33,921 nt of DNA from Intoshia linei. Its lineage: Eukaryota > Animalia > Orthonectida. The stretch lies in NCBI GenBank assembly GCA_001642005.1, contig LWCA01000282.1, positions 1-33,921 of the forward strand, given 5' to 3'. Below, piece after piece: positions 23,380 to 33,921 of the stretch (positions are counted from its first letter, which is position 1; each line of letters starts with the position of its first letter). The notes under the pieces were generated by a model. The model was not told where the DNA came from and searched no databases. It was given only the letters and a program-made list of their open reading frames with translations. A program made the position numbers and the translations under genes.

Positions 23380-26300
23380 TTAAATTATTCTTCCATATCC
23401 TCCACCTCCAGGTGTTTTAAGTTCAAATATATCCTAAATACGGTAAAAAGTTAAAATTTTTAAATACAGGTTTTCACCACTTTCGGTAATTATCCAGATT
23501 ATGTGGTATTATTGAATTAAAATTCGAATAAAGTAATTTGATGACTGAACTGGTGGTATCATCGAAAGTAATAACAAATGATAAATACATATTACGTTTG
23601 GTTGAATTTTAATAGTGTTCTTAGATGTTAAATTTATTCTTTCACCATTCCTAATTAATGAATTTACTCCTAGTTGTCCGTCCTCGCCACCTAATTTTTA
23701 AATAAATTAATTTTATTCGGGATCATCATTCAAATTTTAAACGTAGTTAAATTAAATATTCATTTACCGTATAACCCATACGGCCGAAATACTCGCCGCT
23801 CCGTTAAGACAGAAAGCAAAAGATTTTTTCTAAATAGATAGGTACGTGATATTCCCTCCCCGCCATTGTGTTTTCCTAGCCCACCAGATTTACTACGTAT
23901 TGAACATTCTTTGAGTATTACAGGATATCTAATTTAATATTATCAACAGTGAAAAATGACAAATATAAATGTACATGTCTACAATGAAATATATAAAAAA
24001 AATATAATATAATATATAAATATTCTATTACCATTGAGTAGTATACATTTCATAAAAATATAAAAAATTAATAAATTCGAAATTATCGTATGTATCTGGG
24101 TTAAAATTGCATGATTCATAGAAATACATCTTGTAAAATATTTACTTATTAACATTTTGAAACATTTTATGTCCAATCATATTTGTTTTAAGGTTGGGCG
24201 TAGCAAATATCAATATGCGTTGGTCCCTTCCAAAATTTAATTCAACGCTAAGTATATACAACATTTGATAGTAATACAATCAAAACTAATCGTAACAATT
24301 TTGCAATTGAAATTTTATAAATTTTAAAAAAATGGAATAAATGAAATAAAATTGGGAACCAGTAAATGAAATACTTAAATGAAAATTATAATATAATTAA
24401 TGACTATCTTATTAATCAATCTTATTAATTAATGGTTAAGCGAAAGGTGCATCATACTTTCTCCTTTGTGAAAATTATTTATAAAAATTACCTATGTTCC
24501 AGTATTTCGGGATCTGTAAGTCGAGTATTTGTCATATGAGAATGTACAGCGTCAGCTCCATCCCAATGTTTACCCTAAAGTTAAAATAAATGCACGTTTA
24601 TCGTCGTATACCGCTCCTGTTCCTCCTCCAACCGTTTCATAATAACCAAAACTTTCATCTCCAAATGTAATATTATTCATGCAACCCTGAAATGAATGTA
24701 ATTAATCATATTTCAAACATTTGCTTAGCATTATAAATAATTTATTGAATGCATTTAATTTACCTGTGAGGCTGCCGGACTAACTAATTGAAATGCTTTA
24801 AAAATAACGTCCACAATCCTCTGCGAAGTTAGAACGTTTCCTCCAACTACTGCTAATTGTTTATTTGGGTATAATATACTGTTTGGTCTTTTAATAATTT
24901 CTATCGGTTTTAAAAATCCCTATAAACCCACATGAAATACTTAAAAATAAAATTTTAACTGAATTAAGTGGAATGTCCTTTTGAATCAAAACTCTTAGAC
25001 AGTATATAATGGCTGCATTAGTTACAGCTGCTGGCGTGTTTGTATTTCCATATATGTTATCTGAACACTTGGAAAAATCAAATATTGCAGTGTTCTAAAA
25101 ACTAACGTGTAAATACTAATACTCTTCAATTACGTTCTTTTTATCCATTTTTACATTTAGTTCAATTACAGAACCGTCGTCCATGTATTCTTTACCAGTA
25201 AATTCGTAAGCACAACAATTTACATTTTTTTTCGGAGCTATTTCAATAATATCTCTAAACATTTTTTTAACAGAGGTTTCAGCATTGTCCTAAACATAAT
25301 TATTATGAGGGTAAAATCTATTAGCTTACAAATACAATTTCATGAATAACACATAATAATTATAAAATACTGCAAAAATGTAAGTATGTGTGACACTTAT
25401 ACGTGCAGAAGGTGTAAAAGTGTGGTGGGAATTAATAAAGAATAAACAAAACTAAATAAACACTAAAGTATGTGAATGTACACTAGTCTGTATCAAGTTG
25501 CACAATAACTCGTATCTCAGTGCATACAACTGTAAATACATCTTTGATTATAATTTTAGGGGAGATTATAAAACCCTATGTACTAAAATTAATATTTCAT
25601 AAAAAAAAGTAATATTTTAAAATGTTTTTTATTACATGTATGTATGTAAAGACGTAAAAGTATGATTCTCGTAAATACATACAATTTAATAGTTATAATG
25701 CGACCCTATACATTAATTGATACGTGGACATCATGATAACATAATATAAATGTTTAAAATTTACTTGTATGTACTGCATGTACCGTAATACATAATTCAA
25801 ATTATATTCTTCAACTAATTTTTTCAATAAATGTAAACCCTATACAACATTAAATCAAAATATTAAGCATATACTTTATTGTTAGCTGCAATTTGTGATT
25901 TTAAATCATTAATATTGTCATCTATACACCTCGACCCAAAAGATTTAGGATATTTTGCAGGCTCTTTTAATTTTAATATTAAATCTAAATTTTATTTTAT
26001 ATTTATAATAACTTTTAATTATAAATTAGTTTATTATAATAATATATCACAATAATAGTATGCTCTCAAAATATTATCATTCTTGTGAACCAGTTAAAAT
26101 AAAAAATATACTACGTTTATATTGCAATTAAGGTTTTGCAATTAATAAGTTATAATTATTAAATATTAATTTATTTAATGAAATATCAAGTCTAAACTAC
26201 GCAAAGATCAAATTAAGTTAATGTTAATGATTAATTGATATCAATGATACTAAATTGTGTTAAAATCATGAATATTAACAATTCATGGTATTATCAATAT

Positions 26301-29300
26301 ACAATACTAGCTTAACTGTTATGTACTACGTACAAACAGCACCTAGCTCTGCCGAGGGCACATTTTTATTATACCAAAAAAATAAATTCACGTTAAAAAT
26401 CTAACTTAAAAATCCTACTATTAACTATTATCAATCCTTTAAAGGAGTGAAAAATAAATTCACGTTGAAAATCTAATTTAAAAATCCTACTATTCACTAT
26501 TATCAATCCTTTAAAGGAGTGGTTCCCAAATTTGTTTCAGGTGGAACCATCATATCACATTACTTTTTACTTTAAAGTGAATTCTTCCATCTTAAATTTT
26601 TCTTTGTTAACATTTGAATAAATAAATAAATAAATAAAAATTGTTATCCCATTTTTTTAATTTATTAGACAGAATGTGTGTATAATATTTAAAAATAAAG
26701 TAAAAACAGTCCAATCCTAAAAATTGTCATAAATAGCATAAATTCCAAAAAAATAAAATTAGTCCAATACTAAAAATTGTCATAAAGGTGTGAGTTTTGG
26801 AAATTGAAATTTATATTATTATATGTAAAAATTGTCATAAATAGCATAAATTCCAAAAAAATACAAATTATAAAAACCTATTTTGTTATTTTCAATGTGA
26901 TGACATATATTCAGTACCAATTTAATAAATACTTAAAAATACTAATTGTGTATCAATAATTAATTAAATCTTTACTTTATAAATATTTCAGTTAAAATTT
27001 ACCATTATTGCAAAGCATTGTAATATAAAAATGTGTCCATACTTTTGGCCTTTTTTCTTGTTTTATAAAAAAATTGGAGTGTCTACTGAAAATTTTCGTA
27101 AATGTTAATCAGAATGAATACAGTATGATGATTAATAAAAAAAATAACGTTTCAGTTAGTATAAATTTAATTTTATATTTTATATTACGTTGCTGTAAAT
27201 GTCATAAATTAAAGTTTACAAAATTTTTTGAAAATGAAAATTTGAAATCTAAAAATTGCGTAGCAATGAAAAATCATTCCGAAGGAATGAATTATATAGA
27301 TTTTCACCCATATTTCTTTATTGGAAATGTGTAGACGTACAATCCACATTTTTTTTGAAATTGTAGGATTAATATCTACATTTTCAATTTTTGATTTTAA
27401 TCGAAATATTTGAAAAATATTGGTTGATAATATATTAAAAATTATTTTTCACCGAGAATGCGTAGATTTCACATTTATTGTTTTAATAAAATGATTCTGA
27501 AAAAAAATATATGAATACTAAAATGCTTTTTTGACCGTGAAGTCGTCACTTAATCAGATTTAAATTTTTATGTGTGTTAACATGATACAACTCTACCACC
27601 TGTAAATTTTAAATTCTAGGGCTGTTTTAAAAAAAAAAGGAGGGGTAATTTGGGGTTTTGGCCCTAAAGATATAATTTTTTTAAATTTAAATTTATGATA
27701 ATGTTTATGATTTTAAAATCCGTATCAGCGTATATATTTTTTTAAATTCTCGAACTCGTTTGATTTTCAAAAAAAAGACAATTGGGATATATATTTTTTT
27801 AAATTCTCCAACTCGTTTGATTTTCAAAAAGAGGGACAATTTTTTAAATTCTCCAACTCGTTTGATTTTCAAAAGAGGGACAACAGATTGGAATTGTTGA
27901 ACAACACTCAAAAATTGGAAGATACTATATTTAAAGAGATGTATATAATACCTGGTGTAACTTACCTTGTTCATTAAACACATCATTTTCAACCAAATTG
28001 AAGGATTCAAATTGTGCTCCCTCTTCCCATAAATAATGCGAATTTGGAGGCATGGAACCAGGAGTTATTCCTCCAATATCGGCATGATGGGCTCTATTAG
28101 CTACATAAAATGAAGGCAATGAATTTCCGTTTATATAAACCTAAATATAATGTATTCTAATGAATGTTTTTACTAATTCATATGAAGGTCTCATGAATTA
28201 CGTTATACATTAGTTTTATTCGTACTGTCAGAAACTTACATCTTACCGGTCAAAAACACCAAATATCCTTTTTTTAGAAAATAAGACGAGTCCTAGAATT
28301 TAAAAAAAGTATACACTCTGATACAGATTTTAAAATCATTATTTCTTATAAATTTAAAATTCAAAAAGGTACATATAAAGGTGTATATCTCCAGAACCAA
28401 AATCACAAATTACCTTTTTTTAAAAAATGAAAATGTTCCTAGAATAATAAAAAAATTACAGTTGATACATTTATCTCCAGTTTACACACACATAACTTTT
28501 TAATCTCACTAAAAATTACATGAAAATACTATTTAAAAAAAATAATGTAAATATTTTTAACTTAAATAAATTATAGAAATGTAATTAGTTATGAATCATA
28601 ACTTATGATATTAAAAAAATAATACCAGTAATTTACCGGTAAAAATTTATTTAGTAAATTGCCAACCTTAGTATCAAAACACAAAATGGATGAATTATAA
28701 TTATAAATTTTTCAATAACAATTTAATTAAATTCACTAAAGATAAGTTAAATCGGTACATATTATAATTATAGGTGTTGATAGGTACTTCAAAATGATAT
28801 AATTATTAATAATATTTTATCATTTATAAATCACTTAATAATTTTCATAAAACTATATAGACTGACATTATAAATGGTAATTTCATCATTCAGATTAGAG
28901 TATTATATATAAAAAGTAAAATTAAATTACAGGACTCAAAACAGTAAAATCGGGAAGATGACTGCCTCCATACGAAGGATGATTGCACAATATAGCACTA
29001 ATCGATTTTCCATTTTTTTTAAATTTTTCAATCTACATAAATAAATATATATGTAAAATAAATGAAATAAATGTAATAATATAATAAATAATATTAGACA
29101 AATAACACAGTATAAGTTCAAATATCAGACACAATAAATAAGTCAAATTGAAAGCATACACCTGCAATAGGGTTTAAGTTGAAATAAACTTTAGACTAGG
29201 ATGGATGGATAAATTTCAAATGCTATTTTTATCAAAATAACATTGACCACCAGAAAATCAGAACTAAAATTCCATAAAAATACTCCATAATATTTTATAA

Positions 29301-32300
29301 TTTTTTTTAAACTTATTTCTCTGAGTTTTATTACAACTTTCACTAACAACTTTATATTTTCAGATGAATTTTGAATATTACCTGAAAATCTAGAGTAGAT
29401 TTCATTGCTCCTAAATGCACGGGAATGTGAGGTGCATTTGCAACTAAATTTGCGTTTAAATCAAAAATTGCACAAGAAAAATCATATCTTTCCTAAAATT
29501 CATATGAGTAATGAATGAATTAGTGATTAATAAATATAAACAATCATTAATACAAAAATGTCATTACCTTGATGTTTGTAGAAACGCAAGTTTTTTGCAA
29601 AACTCTAAAATGTACTAAATATTTATTAAATATACGGTACTGTCCCATTTGTTCAGCTATGCTCATGAATCGATGTGAAAATATAGAAAGTTCAATGGGG
29701 TTAATGTTTTCAATCAATTCATCCTTTACATTACTATCAATCTAAATACAACATAAACAATAAAAATATTGGCATAAAATATATATAATAAAAATAAATC
29801 TATTCAATCCACCAAAAAATTACTGCAATACAATGGTACCAATCAAATATACAAATACAAAAATATATTAAAGTTTTACATATTTTTTTTGAAAGGATCA
29901 TTATTCCTTGATAAGCAATAAAGTAGTGACCTCCGGTTTACTATGATTTTTTATTTTTTTAATGATAATTATTAAATTTTGATAAAATGAAACGGCACGA
30001 TTATACTAATGTTGATAAATATGGTATACACTTTTGAACATGTATGAAAAATAATTAGAAAACCAACGATCCGTACATTAACCAACCTGTTATATTAAGT
30101 AATAAAGAATTTAGTCAGGAAATATAATACTGAATTATTTGATATACCCATATTAATGTATTAATATTATATGAAAAATTACATCTAACAATATGTTACT
30201 GTTTTCCAAAACAAGAGCAACGCAATTAGGTTCAACAAAAATTGTACTAAATTAAATTTTGAAAACAATAATTGAATGTGCATCAATTACAAAAAGTTTG
30301 GCATTTACGATGATGTTTATATTCTATTATGTTGTAAATTACTTTGTATCTACTATGATAATGGCAGGACCAAAAACTTTTTCATCACATTTAAGATGGT
30401 TCAAAAAGTGTATATTGGTAGTCCAAAACTTTTTGTTGTAAAAGACTTGTTTTTCCTAATCAATAAATAACTTGATGAATATGGTACTAATAATGAACAA
30501 TACAATTTTTTTGTAATTTTCATGGTTTAGGCAATTGATAAATGTAGTTTCATTTTTATTTTCTTTAATTAAAATTTTTAACTTTATGTCGACGACTAGT
30601 ATTTTTTTTTTATCCAGTACAAATCCAAATTCAGTTTTATATCTAAATTGTAATATAATGTTAAAATCTACAATGTAGATTCTACATCAACACAAATATC
30701 ATTATTTTTCAGTATTTTATCAATAAATCTAAATTATTCTATATAAAAGGAGAAAAATTACTTTAATATAAACAAATCATGTAATATGTTGTATGTATTT
30801 TCAATTAGTTCGTGTGTAATATTTGGCGTGAAAAATTCGTTAGACACATTATGCGTAATCAAAAGAGCATAAAACGTGTTTTTATACTTCATGTTCAAAG
30901 AAATTTCATAATTATTTGTACTACTGGAAAATAAAAAATATTAATGTAGATATTATAATTATAACACATGTATACATTTAATTATAATGTTATAATTTGC
31001 AAGTTTTAATTACTCTACATATCCATCATAAGACATTTCTTGGATTAAGATTTTGTGTAAAGATTTTAGTTCAGAGTTGATGGTAGATTTAAAATTATCT
31101 AAGAAATTACAATAAAGGTAAAATAATAGTTTATAATCTATTTCTCGACCCCTTCGCCTATAATAAAAATTATATGGCTTTCAAACTGTGAACCATTTAA
31201 AAATGTTTTTAATTTTATCCCAAAAAAATTTATTGATATTTATGTGAATTGATGTTTGTTAACTATAAAAAATTAATTTTTATCAAATATCTTATTATAA
31301 AACAATATTATAACGTTAATAATAATAACCAAACTATACATCTACTTTTTGTATGGAATAATATAGAAATACATGTATAGCTGGTTTAAAATATTTACCA
31401 AAAGTATACATTAAATTAGCTGAAATTTGTTTCTCATAAATGACATCAGCATATTGCAACCCTATTGCCGATAAAATTCCAGCATGTCTAAATTTTATTG
31501 AATTTATTTCAAATGTTGATATTTTTGGTATGCTCTCTAGTGGAGAGCCTATATTAACAAATAAATTATAAATTTAAAGTAAATTAGAAATTATTTATTA
31601 AATTACGTTTATTTCATATTATTACTGAAAATATCAAAATGAAGGCTTAATTTTTTTAGTTCATATATTCAGTTATAATTTGAAAATCCTTATCTATATA
31701 TAGTAAAAGTTGCTAAATATGGGTCTGTCAGTATCTGAAGCACGTAACCATTCATTTAAAAAATTATAAGAATAAGAATTTTAAAAATATCAAATCCTAC
31801 GTAATTTATATGGGCTAACCAAATAAAATATATCTCAATGCATTCAATTTTATTTAAGTTAGGATTTTAATTCTATATTCATTATTATTATTTATAATAC
31901 ATAATTTATCATAATTATAATTGATTACCTATGAATAAAACATTTTGATATTCCCAATTTGCGAGCGATACCACAAGCGTGCTGACCACCAGCTCCACCA
32001 AAACACGTTAATAAATGTTTTGATGTGTCATATCCACGACTCTAATTTAATAAACTAAACTAAGATAATGTGAAATATGCTCGACGTATAAAATGGAGTT
32101 AGCAAAATTCCTCTCTTTATTAAAAATTTTGCATTTATTTAAAATACTCTCTGTAAGTGGTGGGTAGATTTGATGGACAGCGGGCATGATTTAATTTTAA
32201 TTTCCTAAAAAGTGGCTGATCAAATCTATTTGAAAATTAATCTTAACATAATACGAACGATACGAACGTTAACTCTGTTCAAAGTGTACTAACACAATGA

Positions 32301-33921
32301 AATAACACAAAATTGTGAATTAACTATAATCTTTGATGCATTTAGCCAAACTACTGCTTTAAGATAGATAACTATAATAATAGTTCAATAAATCATTTAA
32401 ATCGTCGAAGTTTAATCCACCGAAGAGTTTTAAAAGAGTTTGTTACCTTATTTTAATTTTTTTCCTTAATCGGTTTCGATTCGCTAGTACCATTAAGAGA
32501 AAATCAGATTTGGTTTATTTTATATTCTAAGAAAAAAAATTTCCAATATTTTTTTAAATTTTTCCAAACCAACCACAGTTTGCTTATATTCGACGTACAT
32601 TTCACATTTTATACTTTGTTTAAAATTTCCCAAGAGAATTGATGCTGATCATAACTATTTAACATTTTACCTGTGTGAGTGATCTAATAGGTCTACACAT
32701 AGCCTCATTTGCTATATCAATATAACCGCTAGCCACCTCATACACTGTTAATGGTATAAATGTTTTTGATTTATAATAGTTGTTAATCTAAATTAAATTT
32801 TCAATATATACCTATTTTAAATATAAAAATATACCTTATTAGCTAAAATTTCAAATTTTTCAAAACTTTTTTTATAGTTAAGCGGTTCATTTCCACTACT
32901 ACCAAATATTTGAGGAAAAAAGTCGACCTGTATATGTCCAGTTATTAAATTGGCATCTGTAATGCATAATGGTCCGCCTAAATGGTTAAAATTAAAATTA
33001 TTGGTATGAAAATTTTTGTTTTTATATCTAAACCAGATATCAACAACTTTTTGCATCTCTTGGGCCACGTTTTAGAAAATTTACACATTATAAATTTCAA
33101 TTTTAACTGAAGAGAAACGGTTCAGTATATTCAATAAAATAAAATCCAGGGCGTTCTGGAAATTCAGTGTTAAAATGATTATTATGAGTCAATTATAATA
33201 AAAAATGTTTAAAGCGGGGTTAAATCTTTAAAAGTTGAAAAATAAATAATTTATATACATGTATTACGTAAATTATTAATAATTAACTTATAGGTCACAA
33301 AAATTATTCTGTGGGCTAGACAATGTGTTACACTGTGATATAAAACATGTTGATCAAGTGTTACGTAAAATTATTACTTTTGATTGGGTTATCACATTGA
33401 AAGTTAAATGGTACCAACCAGGGACAGCAAAGTAAAGACTCTGGACTACAGAGTCTTGATTCATGTATATTTTTTTATTTACTTTAATGTACAAAGTACA
33501 TTACATTTTAGGTAAGGGTGGTCCAAACTCAAAACGAATGAAAGCCAAAAAATACATTTTACAAATTTCGCGGCCGCAACTCTAAAAAAATTTTACATAA
33601 TTATTTCATCCTTTCTTCCCTTAGTTTTTACTCTTACTCCAATTTAAAAAACATTTTTCTTTCTTGCACAGCTTATTTACATATTACAAATATTAATCAA
33701 AGTTTTATTAAAATTTTTTATTATTTACCTGTAATAATGTACCTGTTCTACAAAATATATTACTAAACAATTTCGCCAGACACGCTTTAAACCACCCTGT
33801 TCTATGTTATGAATGAGAAAATTTAGATAATTACATTAGAGCGAACAATAATCAAAATTATAAAAAATGTTTTATTAATGCCAAACCTTTCCCATAGCAA
33901 GCTGAACCAGGATTTGATCCT
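23380..33921 (-). CDS. OPLAH: 5-oxoprolinase (ATP-hydrolysing); 5' part lies beyond the window end
   Basis: Exons (minus) 33921-33887, 32977-32835, 32787-32671, 32041-31929, 31487-31399, 31098-31014, 30923-30762, 30642-30504, 30455-30343, 30246-30183, 29741-29641, 29604-29568, 29492-29382, 29032-28931, 28140-27966, 25984-25875, 25839-25765, 25289-25134, 25094-24960, 24919-24764, 24686-24612, 24574-24492, 23928-23768, 23690-23596, 23433-23380. Motifs [106 protein letters not shown]. Confidence 0.96.
26307..27790 (-). mobile_element. Non-autonomous Helitron-like element, copy C (5'-truncated)
   Basis: CTAG at 26307-26310 with an intact hairpin at 26316-26339. 26307-26610 is the reverse complement of ~1780-2010. 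Further blocks match copy B. Contains an internal ~73-bp tandem duplication (about 26378-26520). Confidence 0.7.
27735..27884. repeat. Three-copy minisatellite, core TTTTTTAAATTCTCCAACTCGTTTGATTTTCAAAAAGAGGGACAA
   Basis: Three near-identical cores seen directly, at spacings of about 57 and 45 bp. The unit resembles an internal subrepeat of the Helitron-like family. Confidence 0.85.
28230..28510 (+). repeat. Fragment of the internal subrepeats of the Helitron-like family
   Basis: CTTACATCTTACCGGTCAAAAACACCAAAT resembles 2364-2390. CCTAGAATTTAAAAAAA and ACACACA blocks resemble 1490-1580. Confidence 0.6.
33034..33318. mobile_element. hAT-type MITE, family M copy 3 (right end truncated)
   Basis: TTTCAATTTTAACTGAAGAGAAACGGTTCA...AAATTCAGTGTTAAAATGATTAT...AAAATTATTCTGTGGGC is collinear with 14796-15070. 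Confidence 0.75.
33514..33799. mobile_element. Probable old hAT-type MITE
   Basis: Ends AAGGGTGGTCCAA / TTAAACCACCCTG. Degenerate 8-bp TSD TTTTAGGT / TTCTATGT (6/8). Confidence 0.55.

Noticed and set aside
24219-24236. TTGGTCCCTTCC resembling miR-133
   Set aside because: Mismatch within the mature sequence and no precursor hairpin.
25379-25528. TGTA...TACA segment with AATAAA as a possible solo LTR
   Set aside because: No clean 4-6 bp TSD and no second copy in the window.
27735-27884. Repeat-spacer pattern as a possible CRISPR array
   Set aside because: Eukaryotic intron, spacers absent or tiny, no cas genes.
27705-28010. 101-aa ORF with [11 protein letters not shown] repeats
   Set aside because: It is an off-frame read out of an OPLAH exon into an intronic minisatellite.
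33506-33518. TTTAG|GTAAG splice-like motif
   Set aside because: Antisense to OPLAH and created by a TE/TSD junction; it shows such motifs arise by chance.
1-33921. tRNA, snRNA, SL RNA, U12-type introns or a non-standard genetic code
   Set aside because: No diagnostic motifs found by eye, and all gene models splice GT-AG and translate with the standard code. A covariance-model scan would be needed to fully exclude small RNAs.

Overview
AT-rich eukaryotic (animal-like) genomic DNA with dense genes and GT-AG introns of two size classes: mostly 35-60 nt, plus a few 0.5-2.7 kb introns filled with transposon relics. This style suggests a compact invertebrate or parasite genome such as an orthonectid, but that is an unverified guess. 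Spliced by hand, the window contains seven genes: two tandem hormone-sensitive lipase paralogues (+, the first 5'-truncated by the window edge), an HMG-box protein with a long Q/N-rich tail (+), V-ATPase 16 kDa proteolipid subunit c (+), an ING-family PHD protein (-), histidyl-tRNA synthetase (+) and 5-oxoprolinase (-, 5'-truncated). The introns hold the left end of a decayed Tc1-like (DD37E/TRT-type) transposon, several hAT/Buster-type elements with 8-bp TSDs (two retain transposase remnants), a foldback element split by a hAT MITE, and a ~1.7 kb non-autonomous Helitron-like family, one locus of which shows a 3'-end/5'-end head-to-tail junction. I found no tRNA, rRNA or CRISPR, and I cannot support a wholly new biological system. 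The best leads are the rolling-circle-type junction, the HMG/prion-like protein, the diverged lipase regulatory loops and the 30-bp convergent HARS/OPLAH spacer. Most short ORFs in the supplied track are exon fragments or noise.
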